The notes under the pieces are model-generated. The model worked only from the letters and a program-made list of their open reading frames with translations, searched no databases and was not told where the DNA came from. The translations under genes were made by a program, and so were the position numbers. Shown piece after piece: positions 23,860-31,474 of a DNA stretch of 43,168 bases. Each line of letters opens with the position of its first letter. Positions within the stretch are counted from its first letter, which is position 1. Source of the DNA: a virus. The stretch covers positions 1-43,168 of the IMG/VR virus record IMGVR_UViG_3300045988_127339; one strand, written 5' to 3'.

Positions 23860-24399
23860 ATGAAAAACAATCTGTTCCGGATAGGCGCTGCGGCCCTCGC
23901 GCTGGCGGCTTTGCTGACCGCCTGCGGCGGCAGCTCTTCCAGCACGCCTGCATCCAGTGCAGCCCCGGCTGCGGAAAGCGCCGTGAGCGCCGCCAGTGTG
24001 GTGGAGTCCGAGAGTAGTGCCGTTTCTGAAGCAGCATCCGAGAGTGAAACCGGTCTCCAGTCCTACGTTATCGACGGTGTCACCTTCATCGTGGGCAATG
24101 TCCCAAACGACGTTACCGGAAACTGGCGCTTTGCCACGGTTTCGGAGGGCGTCGACATGACCCAGTACGCGGTGGAGTATTATAAGCAGTGCTTCGGCAG
24201 CGACAGTGAGATTCATTTTATCATCGACGATAATAGCGGAACGACCACCAAACTCGCCTATATGTTCGGAAATATTGACGTCCTTGTGAAGGAACACGTC
24301 AAGGATGAAGAGTTTGATGCCAAGACGCTGGGCAACGGTGCTACACTGGCAGAATACTTTGTAGACGTAGAAACCGGCGAGGTCGAAAAGGTTAGCTGA
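23860..24399 (+). CDS. Secreted lipoprotein (moron; possible superinfection-exclusion or lysogenic-conversion factor)
   Basis: The signal peptide MKNNLFRIGAAALALAALLTAC carries an LTAC lipobox and is followed by a Ser/Ala-rich linker. The gene has its own promoter and terminator. Confidence 0.8.
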   Translation: MKNNLFRIGAAALALAALLTACGGSSSSTPASSAAPAAESAVSAASVVESESSAVSEAASESETGLQSYVIDGVTFIVGNVPNDVTGNWRFATVSEGVDMTQYAVEYYKQCFGSDSEIHFIIDDNSGTTTKLAYMFGNIDVLVKEHVKDEEFDAKTLGNGATLAEYFVDVETGEVEKVS

Positions 24400-24413
24400 G
24401 AAATAGACAAGAC

Positions 24414-24450
24414 AAAAGCCCTGAAGGAATGCACCTTCAGGGCTTTTCTT
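24414..24450. terminator. Bidirectional hairpin terminator
   Basis: AAAAGCCCTGAAGG-AATGCA-CCTTCAGGGCTTTT forms a 13-14 bp stem with A/T tracts on both sides. It lies between the convergent lipoprotein gene and the minus-strand operon. Confidence 0.8.
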
Positions 24451-24461
24451 ATTGGGGTAAT

Positions 24462-24740
24462 TCACTTGAAGCGACCCAGCAGTTCATCCACGAAGTCCAT
24501 CGCCTCCTGCGTGGACGGCAGTGTGCACCACCCCCGGTCGTAATAGGCTGCTTCCTGCCAGTACCGGACCTCCCCGGGAGGCAGTTCAGCGATCCAGAGC
24601 TTCGAGACCCTCCCGCCATTGATGCCACACGCGCTGCCCTCGGGGTAGACCTTGGCCTCCCACCGGAACACGTGCCCGTTCCGCTCGGTCTGGCCCTCGT
24701 GCCAGAACTGACCGCCCATCTCCGCGCGGAACCCACGCAT
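24462..24740 (-). CDS. Small protein P5 of the minus-strand operon (hypothetical, 92 aa)
   Basis: It has a GGGAGGTGA RBS and a TGATG overlap with the upstream gene. It contains VFRWEAKVYPEGSACGINGGRVSKLWI...YDRGW. Confidence 0.65.
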   Translation of the reverse strand: MRGFRAEMGGQFWHEGQTERNGHVFRWEAKVYPEGSACGINGGRVSKLWIAELPPGEVRYWQEAAYYDRGWCTLPSTQEAMDFVDELLGRFK

Positions 24741-25006
24741 CACTGATCACCTCCCTCATAGTCCACCACGTAGCCGTTATACTCGAAGGTCACAGCCGCC
24801 AGCGCGGCCTGTGCAAGTCGAGTTGCGAACAGAATAGCATCCTCCGGAGGCTTCGTCCCAAAAGACTCCCACTGGACACCCATCTTCACCGGAGTACCCT
24901 GCCGGGTAAAGTTGCAGTTGTGGATTTGGATGCCTCCATCCTCCGAAAACTGCGCCTGCAACGCATCCAGCGCCGCACCGTACACCCTCACATTGACCTT
25001 CTTCAT
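24740..25006 (-). CDS. Small protein P4 (hypothetical, 88 aa; paralogue of P3)
   Basis: It starts MKKVN after a GAGGAGGG RBS. It shares about one third of its residues with P3 (MKKVN, ALxxLQAxF, VKxGVxW, PE, FA, YNGY). Confidence 0.65.
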   Translation of the reverse strand: MKKVNVRVYGAALDALQAQFSEDGGIQIHNCNFTRQGTPVKMGVQWESFGTKPPEDAILFATRLAQAALAAVTFEYNGYVVDYEGGDQ

Positions 25007-25278
25007 CATGCACCCTCCTCTTCATCAACGACCCGGTACCCATTGTACACGAAGCTCTCTGCCACATCGGCGGCCAGCTGCATCCAGCGTGCAAACCGGA
25101 GAGTCTCCTCCGGGGTCATGTCGTCCCGGTGGGTCCAGCTCACACCCAGCTTCACCTCCGGACGGCCCAGCAAAACGGAGTTCCCCGTCTCGCAGATCTT
25201 CACCCCGCAACCCGCGGGGAATCCCGCCTGCAAGACCTCCAGCGCCGTGCGGTACTCGCTGTAGTTGACTTTCTTCAT
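25006..25278 (-). CDS. Small protein P3 (hypothetical, 90 aa; paralogue of P4)
   Basis: It starts MKKVN after an AAAGGAGAG RBS and is in tandem with P4. Confidence 0.65.
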   Translation of the reverse strand: MKKVNYSEYRTALEVLQAGFPAGCGVKICETGNSVLLGRPEVKLGVSWTHRDDMTPEETLRFARWMQLAADVAESFVYNGYRVVDEEEGA

Positions 25279-25280
25279 CG

Positions 25281-25511
25281 TTACCACTCTCCTTTCTCAG
25301 CGGCCTCACGGATTGCCCGTTCTTCCTTCTCCTCGTCGTAGGCCGCTGCAAACATCTTCAGCGCACCAGCCCGGGTAACAGGCCCGAACTCCTTCACATA
25401 GTAGGCGAACACCCGCTCGTCCCAACACTCGACGTACCCATCGCCGCCCTCGTTGTATTTTGTCTTGGCCAGCGCGATGAACTCCTCGTAGGTCAGATTC
25501 TTCTTTGCCAT
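25281..25511 (-). CDS. Small protein P2 (hypothetical, 76 aa)
   Basis: It has a GAAGGAGGA RBS and an acidic helical C-terminus (DEEKEERAIREAAEKGEW). Confidence 0.65.
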   Translation of the reverse strand: MAKKNLTYEEFIALAKTKYNEGGDGYVECWDERVFAYYVKEFGPVTRAGALKMFAAAYDEEKEERAIREAAEKGEW

Positions 25512-25514
25512 GAT

Positions 25515-25658
25515 TCAGTCCTCCTTCACCAAAATCAGCATCTTGATCACGCGGTTCCACTGCTCCTGCGTGAGGCGGCCTCCGTTATTCACAACAGCCT
25601 GCGCGGCAGCGATTTCCTGCTGCATCTCGGCCTTGCTCATCTCGTTCAGGTTCTTCAT
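25515..25658 (-). CDS. Small protein P1 (hypothetical, 47 aa; not in the ORF track)
   Basis: My own translation gives MKNLNEMSKAEMQQEIAAAQAVVNNGGRLTQEQWNRVIKMLILVKED. A GGAG lies about 10 nt upstream and the stop lies 3 nt before the P2 start. Confidence 0.5.
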   Translation of the reverse strand: MKNLNEMSKAEMQQEIAAAQAVVNNGGRLTQEQWNRVIKMLILVKED

Positions 25659-25708
25659 TTTTCGTTTATCTCCGTTGCTTTTTACTCCGGAACCCTTCCG
25701 GTGGCTGT

Positions 25709-25737
25709 ATGTTACCTCTGCGCAAAGACAAAGTCAA
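25709..25737 (-). promoter_or_regulatory. Promoter of the minus-strand operon, TTGACT-17-TAACAT
   Basis: On the minus strand the -35 is at 25737-25732 and the -10 at 25714-25709, with a 17-nt spacer. The 5'UTR carries a CCGGAA-GGG-TTCCGG hairpin. Confidence 0.55.
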
Positions 25738-25773
25738 GTTGTTTTTGATTTATTATTTAATTTCTTTTTGTTG

Positions 25774-25802
25774 TTGACTTTTGCCCCGGCAAGTCATATC
25801 CT
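25774..25802 (+). promoter_or_regulatory. Divergent promoter TTGACT-17-TATCCT with the palindrome TTGCC-CC-GGCAA in the spacer
   Basis: The hexamers are at 25774-25779 and 25797-25802 and the palindrome at 25781-25792. It lies upstream of the HTH gene. Confidence 0.5.
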
Positions 25803-25826
25803 TGTGACAGAAAGGAGTGACCCGAG

Positions 25827-26051
25827 ATGCCCACATCCAGCCGTGTAAAGGCTCTTCTGGAGCTGACCGAGACCGACCAAAACACCTTCGCCGCAGCCTT
25901 TGGCATGACCACCCCGCAGGCCATGAACAACAAGCTGCGCCGGGATAGCTGGTCAGCAAAAGACCTCGCCCGGGTAGCCGCGATCTGCGGCGCAAAGCTG
26001 GCGTTCATCCTCCCGGATGGCAGCCAGCTCATCCTTGCACCCGAAGAATAA
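25827..26051 (+). CDS. Small XRE/Cro-type HTH regulator (74 aa)
   Basis: It contains LTETDQNTFAAAFGMTTPQAMNNKLRRDSWSAKDL (HTH) and has a GAAAGGAG RBS. Confidence 0.75.
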   Translation: MPTSSRVKALLELTETDQNTFAAAFGMTTPQAMNNKLRRDSWSAKDLARVAAICGAKLAFILPDGSQLILAPEE

Positions 26052-26065
26052 CAGCTACACCCGCA

Positions 26066-26111
26066 AAAGCCCGCCTCAGGGAGAAGCGATTCTCTCATGG
26101 GGCGGGCTTTT
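26066..26111 (+). terminator. Hairpin terminator after the HTH gene
   Basis: AAAGCCCGCC (26066-26075) pairs with GGCGGGCTTT (26101-26110). The loop holds an inner hairpin, GAGAA-GCGA-TTCTC, and a T-tract follows. Confidence 0.7.
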
Positions 26112-26112
26112 C

Positions 26113-26150
26113 AAATCGTAACGGTTTTGGGGATGAAGCTGTGGTACGAT
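26113..26150 (+). promoter_or_regulatory. Promoter-like element AAATCGTAACG-N21-TACGAT (copy 4), upstream of the scaffold/capsid genes
   Basis: The 11-mer and the spacing are identical to copies 1 and 2. Confidence 0.55.
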
Positions 26151-26250
26151 AGCAGACAGAATACACCGCGCACCCGGTGTCAGAGAGGTGCAGGGGCATC
26201 ACGCACGGCAGCGTGTCAGAAACCGCCGTAAGCCCCCACAGGAGGAACAG

Positions 26251-26868
26251 ATGAGACGAGAGGACCTGAGAGCCATCGAGGGCATGACCGAGGAACAGGT
26301 AGAGGCCGTCATGCGGCTGCACGGACAGGACGAAGCGGCCCACAACGCCACGGTGCAGGGGCTGCAGGCGCAGCTGGCCAATGTGCAGCAGAGCCTCGCC
26401 GCCTTTGATGGCGTAGACGTCAACGACCTGCGCAGCCAGATCACCAGCCTCACCACCCAGATGCAGACGCAGGCGGCAGAGTACGCCTTCAACGACGTGC
26501 TCCGCAGCGCGGCCCGGGAGGCTGGTGCGCTGGACGAAGCGGACGTGATCGCTCTGCTGCCGGACAAGACGGTGCTGCAGGCCAGCAAGAACCAGACCGA
26601 GGACGTCAAGGCCGCCTTTGCAGCTCTCAAGACCCACAAGCCCTATCTGTTCGCCGTATCCCCCGCCCCCGAGGGCGGACAGCCGCAGCAGGGCGCGGCG
26701 GAGACAAACCCCATCGTCATCCCCAAGCCCCGTGCGCAGGGCGGCAGCGCACAACCTACACTGGCCGAGTTTCTGAACATGACCGGCGCGGAACGCATGG
26801 CGCTGCGCACCCGGAACCCGGCTCTCTTCCAGCAGCTCTCGGCACAGCTCCGGGCTGCACGATACTAA
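26251..26868 (+). CDS. Scaffolding protein
   Basis: The product is coiled-coil and Gln-rich (LQAQLANVQQSLAAF...). The gene lies directly upstream of the major capsid gene and has a GGAGGAA RBS at its 26251 start. Confidence 0.7.
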   Translation: MRREDLRAIEGMTEEQVEAVMRLHGQDEAAHNATVQGLQAQLANVQQSLAAFDGVDVNDLRSQITSLTTQMQTQAAEYAFNDVLRSAAREAGALDEADVIALLPDKTVLQASKNQTEDVKAAFAALKTHKPYLFAVSPAPEGGQPQQGAAETNPIVIPKPRAQGGSAQPTLAEFLNMTGAERMALRTRNPALFQQLSAQLRAARY

Positions 26869-26882
26869 CGAGGTAACAAACT

Positions 26883-27878
26883 ATGCCCATCTCCGGCACC
26901 TTTGGCGGCTTTCCGTTTGACCCCGAAGTCTATCAGGGCTTCGTGGATCAGGAGGCCACCTTCTCCGACTCCATTCTCGCTTCCGGCATCCTCGCCCGTG
27001 ACCAGTCTTTGGCGACCTCGCTGGACAATGGCGGTGTGCAGGGCACCATCCGCTTTTACAATCCCCTTGACCCCGACAAGGACGCCCCTCTGGTGCGTGA
27101 CGGTGAGACCGACAACGTGCCCACCGAGGTATCCGGTGGCAAGCAGAGCTGGATCCGCATCGACCGTATGAAAGCTTGGAAGGCCACCGAGCTGACCCGT
27201 GAGCTGACCGCAGCCGACCCGATGGCCGCTGTGGCCCGCAACACCGGTCGCTACTGGCGGATGTACAAGCAGGGCTTGCTGATCAAGATGGTCAACGCCG
27301 TGCTGGGCGCTTCCGGCCTCGAGAAGCACAGTCTGACCATCACCAAGGGTGGCGTCACTGCCAACCAGCTCATCGATGTGCAGCAGGCTGCGCTGGGTGA
27401 CATGGCGGGCAAGTTCGGCCTGCTGGTGGTCAACTCCAAGATCTACAGCGAGTACCAGAAGCTGGGCCTGTTGAGCTTCAACAAGTACGTCATCACCAAC
27501 GTGCTCCAGAAAGAGGTCAGCCTGCCCACCATCAACGGTCTGGTGGTCGTCGTGAACGACCGCGGCACCGATGACGGCACCAGCTACAACAGCTTCCTGT
27601 TCGGTCAGGGTTCCGTGCTGACCGCCGACCCCAAGGTCATCACCCCGGACTACACCGAGTACAATGCGGCCAAGGCAGGCGGCACGGACATCCTGTACAA
27701 CAACCGCGCTTTCATCCTGCATCCCAACGGCCTGAGCTTCGACGCCGACGGCATCGACAAGGAGACCCCCACCGACGCCGAGTTTGCCACCACCGGCAAC
27801 TGGAAGCTGAAGTTTGACCACAAGAACGTCCGTATGGGCAAGCTCAGCATCCCCAAGGCGAACTTCACCGAGGAGTAA
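26883..27878 (+). CDS. Major capsid protein
   Basis: The 331-aa ORF follows the scaffold gene and has a strong RBS. The call rests on position and size. Confidence 0.75.
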   Translation: MPISGTFGGFPFDPEVYQGFVDQEATFSDSILASGILARDQSLATSLDNGGVQGTIRFYNPLDPDKDAPLVRDGETDNVPTEVSGGKQSWIRIDRMKAWKATELTRELTAADPMAAVARNTGRYWRMYKQGLLIKMVNAVLGASGLEKHSLTITKGGVTANQLIDVQQAALGDMAGKFGLLVVNSKIYSEYQKLGLLSFNKYVITNVLQKEVSLPTINGLVVVVNDRGTDDGTSYNSFLFGQGSVLTADPKVITPDYTEYNAAKAGGTDILYNNRAFILHPNGLSFDADGIDKETPTDAEFATTGNWKLKFDHKNVRMGKLSIPKANFTEE

Positions 27879-27881
27879 GTC

Positions 27882-28280
27882 ATGGAGAGCTGGCTGACCT
27901 TTGCCGACTATCAGAGCCAGCACCCGGACGCCTCGCTGACGGAGTCGCAGTTCGAGCTGCTGGCCCGGGACGCGGCGCTCTTCATCGAGAACGCTACCCG
28001 TTGGTGCGCTTCCCTCGCCCAGACCGACGGGGAGAAAGCCCTGCTGAGTACCTGTCAGGCCCAGCTCGTCGAGCTGGCCGCCGGCGTCGAGACCGGATGG
28101 GACGGCGTGACCAGCGTGAACAACCACGGCTACACCGAGAGCTATGCCTCCGGCATGGACGTCCAGAAGTACCTCGGTGAACAGCAGCTGGCCATCGTCC
28201 ATCGGACGCTCAGTGCTCCGGCCACCCGCTGGATGCTCTACGCGGGCAGCGGCGTCAGCCGACCGCCCCGCCGCAGGTAG
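27882..28280 (+). CDS. Head-tail connector / adaptor protein
   Basis: The 132-aa ORF is the first gene after the capsid gene and has a GAGGAG RBS. Confidence 0.55.
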   Translation: MESWLTFADYQSQHPDASLTESQFELLARDAALFIENATRWCASLAQTDGEKALLSTCQAQLVELAAGVETGWDGVTSVNNHGYTESYASGMDVQKYLGEQQLAIVHRTLSAPATRWMLYAGSGVSRPPRRR

Positions 28281-28290
28281 GAGGTGTGAT

Positions 28291-28713
28291 ATGCGCTCTC
28301 CTCTCCATGCCGGTCAGAGCATCCGGCTGACACACACGGTGCGCAAGGGTACCGTCACCAACAGCTACACCGTCGTCCTCTCGCGAGTGAGCTGTCATGA
28401 GTCGGACAGTGTACTCCCCTCCTCCCCGGGCTTTTCCCACTCCGGGGGACGCATCGGCGCGACCAGTGTCTGCATCTTTACCGGATGGAGCAAGGCAGCC
28501 CCCGCAGACGCCCCGGAGCAGGCCGCAGACGCCGCCGGGCAGTTTCTCACCCCGGAGGCTTTCAGAGCCGCAGACGAGGCTGTCCGGGCCGCTGGCTGGA
28601 CGCTGGCGCTGGAGGATAAAGTCCTGCTGCCCAGCGGGCGAACAGGTACCGTCACCAGCATTCAGGACAACCGCAGCGGACGCTGCCCGCACTGGTACGT
28701 GGAGGTGAGCTGA
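28291..28713 (+). CDS. Neck / head-closure protein (hypothetical)
   Basis: The ATG at 28291 has an AGGAGGTG RBS. The call rests on position in the neck module. Confidence 0.5.
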   Translation: MRSPLHAGQSIRLTHTVRKGTVTNSYTVVLSRVSCHESDSVLPSSPGFSHSGGRIGATSVCIFTGWSKAAPADAPEQAADAAGQFLTPEAFRAADEAVRAAGWTLALEDKVLLPSGRTGTVTSIQDNRSGRCPHWYVEVS

Positions 28714-29069
28714 TGAGCGACCCCATCTCTCTCCACGTCAAGCTCGGCCCTAACTTTGAGCAGCGGTACGATGCTGCCTTCGCCCGGCTCCAGAAGGAAG
28801 CCGACGCCGAGTGGATACGGCTGATGAAGCCCTATATCCCGAAGCGCACCGGCGCACTCGTGGGCAGCACCGACACCCATACCGTGCTGGGCAGCGGACA
28901 GGTCGTGCAGGCCACGCCCTACGCCGCCGCCCAGTATTACCGCCTGCCCCTCGGGCAGGGCGTCCGGGAGGACGGACGCGGGCCGCACTGGGGCGAGCGC
29001 TGTGCCAACGACCATCGGGAGGATTTCGGCAGCTTTGTGAAAAAGCGTGCTGGGGAGGTAACGAAATGA
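28713..29069 (+). CDS. Neck / tail-completion protein (minor capsid protein-like)
   Basis: It has a GGAGGTG RBS and contains MKPYIPKRTGALVGST, which is typical of HK97 gp10-like neck proteins. Confidence 0.5.
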   Translation: MSDPISLHVKLGPNFEQRYDAAFARLQKEADAEWIRLMKPYIPKRTGALVGSTDTHTVLGSGQVVQATPYAAAQYYRLPLGQGVREDGRGPHWGERCANDHREDFGSFVKKRAGEVTK

Positions 29070-29506
29070 GCCAGACCCCCATCGTGAAAGCCATGCTGGA
29101 CTGGCTGGCCTCCTGCCCGCTGGTCAGCGATTACAACGATGGCGATGTTGCCTTCTCCATCGAGTATCTGGGCGCAGAACCGGCGCAGTTCTCGCTTGAG
29201 GTGTCCCCCAGCGCTCCCACCATCGAACAGTACATCTCCGGCAGCCTCCGGGCGCGGAATTTCGTGCTGGCCTCCCGGATGATCTACTCGCAGGACGAGG
29301 CCCAGCAGGCTGCAAACAGCGGCTTCTGGGAAGAGTTCAGCGACTGGGTGGAGTCCCAGTCCCGCCGGGGCGAGCTGCCCCTTCTCGGCCCGGGCAAAAA
29401 AGCCGAGAAGGTGGTATGCCTTTCCCCCGGGTACATCATCGGGCAGGACGCCAACACCTGCCGCACCCAGATGCAGCTTCAGCTTCAATATTATCAGGAA
29501 GGATGA
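29066..29506 (+). CDS. Neck / tail terminator-like protein (hypothetical)
   Basis: The ATG at 29066 overlaps the upstream stop. The call rests on position just before the major tail gene. Confidence 0.5.
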   Translation: MSQTPIVKAMLDWLASCPLVSDYNDGDVAFSIEYLGAEPAQFSLEVSPSAPTIEQYISGSLRARNFVLASRMIYSQDEAQQAANSGFWEEFSDWVESQSRRGELPLLGPGKKAEKVVCLSPGYIIGQDANTCRTQMQLQLQYYQEG

Positions 29507-29513
29507 TAAGCCT

Positions 29514-30083
29514 ATGACCGTATCAGAAACGCTGGCGGGCATCAAGAAGAAGTTTGGCTTCGAGCCCAGCGCCGGGTATAAGGGTACCGAGGACGCCAAC
29601 GACTTCATCTTTGCCATCCAGACCGACAAGACCACTCAGACCAAGAAAAGCCAGTGGATCGTCGCCGCCGAGCGCGTGAAAGAGCACTCCGGCTCTCTCA
29701 ACGCCTCCACCGAGGACGTCAACTTCATCCGCGCCTCCGCCACCACCAAGGGCACCACCCAGCGCACCTTCTCCATCAACGGCAACCGCTGCGTGGGCGA
29801 TGCATTTCAGGATTTTCTCCTGAGCCACAAGATCGTGTTCGGCTCCGGCTCGGACGTGGTGGTGCCGTATATCTATTTCAGCGCCCGCACCGGCAAGGGC
29901 GAAGTCGGCGAATGCGTCCTTATCGTCACCTCGGACGTGGGCGGCAGCGCCGGCGCAGCCGCCACCTTTGCCTGCGATGCCAAGGGCATCGAGACCCCGG
30001 AGGAGTTCGATTACCTCAAAGAGGAGAACTCCACGTCTCTGGTTGGCGACGCCGTGGTAGGCTCTGCCACCGTAGGCGTATAA
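29514..30083 (+). CDS. Major tail protein
   Basis: The 189-aa ORF lies between the neck genes and the chaperone/TMP genes. Confidence 0.7.
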   Translation: MTVSETLAGIKKKFGFEPSAGYKGTEDANDFIFAIQTDKTTQTKKSQWIVAAERVKEHSGSLNASTEDVNFIRASATTKGTTQRTFSINGNRCVGDAFQDFLLSHKIVFGSGSDVVVPYIYFSARTGKGEVGECVLIVTSDVGGSAGAAATFACDAKGIETPEEFDYLKEENSTSLVGDAVVGSATVGV

Positions 30084-30150
30084 CCGAAAGTTACAATGCA
30101 ATACCGCCCCTGTCGCCTACCGGCAGGGGCGAATTTTATAGGAGGTCAAC

Positions 30151-30705
30151 ATGATCATTTGTGGTCAGGAGTTCGCATTTTCGGCGCTCAACGCCAACGA
30201 CGTGGAGCGAATGGAAACGGCGCAGAAGCACCAGCAGGAGGCCAACGCCGCCGAACAGGAGCGCTACACGGCGGAAAACGTCTCCTATCCCGGCATCCTG
30301 CGCAGCCAGTGCCGGATGATGATGGATTATCTGGACGAAGTTCTGGGCAAGGGCGCATCGGAGCGCCTGCATCTGGACGACGGCGACTTCGGAGCGGTGC
30401 TGAAGGTCTGTGAGAGCTTCAAGCAGGCCATCGCCGCAGAGAAAGCCGCCATCAACGGCCAGCTCTCCGCATCTTTGGAGACACCCCGCAACCGTGCCGA
30501 GCGCCGTGCAGCGGCCCAGAAGGTCACCTCCGGCAGGGTCGTCCCCCTGTCGCCCGTTGTTCTGCCCACGGCGCAACCCGAAGCAACTGCCGAACAGGTC
30601 AAGGCAGCGCTGCCGCAGGCGATGGCGTTTCTCTCCACCCCGGAGGGCGTAAAGATGATGCAGTACTTTATGACCACCTACAAGAACGGCGCAGAGAATG
30701 TCTGA
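30151..30705 (+). CDS. Tail assembly chaperone
   Basis: It is the first of two ORFs between the major tail and tape measure genes and has an AGGAGG RBS. Confidence 0.6.
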   Translation: MIICGQEFAFSALNANDVERMETAQKHQQEANAAEQERYTAENVSYPGILRSQCRMMMDYLDEVLGKGASERLHLDDGDFGAVLKVCESFKQAIAAEKAAINGQLSASLETPRNRAERRAAAQKVTSGRVVPLSPVVLPTAQPEATAEQVKAALPQAMAFLSTPEGVKMMQYFMTTYKNGAENV

Positions 30706-31294
30706 CCTTCTGCTGGACGAGCTGCCCGCCGTATGGGACGGACGAGCGATCGACCCGGACTTCCGGCACATGGTCTGGCTCAGCAACCGCATCCAGCGCA
30801 GGGTCGAGGAGGGCGCAACGTGGGATTTTCTGCGGGAGGCCTTCGGGCGTTTTTACCGGGAGCCGGTCCTCCTGTCCGACCTCGGAGACGCATACCAGAG
30901 CCTCTGCCGCTTTTACGCAGGCATCCCCAATGAACTGGGAAACGGCGATGGCGGAAGCGGCAGCGGAGAACTGACCTGCGACTACCACTGCGATGCCCCT
31001 TACCTCGTCGCCGCGTTCCAGCAGGCATACGGCATCGACCTGACCACAGCGAAGATGCACTGGTGGAGGTTCAGGGCCTTGTTTGCCGCCCTGCCGGAGG
31101 ACACCCGGATGTTTCAGATCCTACACGCCCGGAGCGTTGACCTGTCAAGGCTGGAAGGTGCCGAACGAGAGCACTACGCCCGCATGAAAGAAATGTACGC
31201 CCTGCCCTCCGGGCTGGAAGGAGTGAGACCCATCCACAGTGTCAAGGACCACGACGAAAGCTTCCTCGAGCGTTTCCGGCCTCGGGAAGGATAA
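30698..31294 (+). CDS. Tail assembly protein (A118 gp15-like)
   Basis: This is the second chaperone-position ORF. Its N-terminus, LLDELPAVWDGRAIDPDFRHMVWL, resembles the phage Gp15 family. Confidence 0.55.
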   Translation: MSDLLLDELPAVWDGRAIDPDFRHMVWLSNRIQRRVEEGATWDFLREAFGRFYREPVLLSDLGDAYQSLCRFYAGIPNELGNGDGGSGSGELTCDYHCDAPYLVAAFQQAYGIDLTTAKMHWWRFRALFAALPEDTRMFQILHARSVDLSRLEGAEREHYARMKEMYALPSGLEGVRPIHSVKDHDESFLERFRPREG

Positions 31295-31430
31295 CACCCG
31301 CGCCCCTGTCCGCTGCCCCCTGTGCGGCCATCCGCTGGCCGTCTGGGCAGCATCCGAGGCCCACGCCCGGGGGCTGTGGGTCAAATGCAAGAACCCCGCC
31401 TGTAAGCGGGAGGTAGAGATAAAACTTTAA
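31239..31430 (+). CDS. Zinc-ribbon ORF (CPLCGH...CKNPAC) with no unambiguous independent start
   Basis: The ORF overlaps the 3' end of 30698-31294 by 56 nt in the +1 frame. No ATG, GTG or TTG lies between 31295 and the first Cys codon. Confidence 0.35.
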   Translation: MSRTTTKASSSVSGLGKDNTRAPVRCPLCGHPLAVWAASEAHARGLWVKCKNPACKREVEIKL

Positions 31431-31474
31431 GCCTGTGCCCTTGTGCCCGCGCTCCCGAATGAGAGGTGGACACA

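Noticed and set aside
30151-31294. A canonical -1 G/GT programmed frameshift between the two tail-chaperone ORFs.
   Set aside because: The second ORF is in the +1 frame relative to the first and has its own ATG. I could not find an XXXYYYZ slippery heptamer in the 8-nt overlap.
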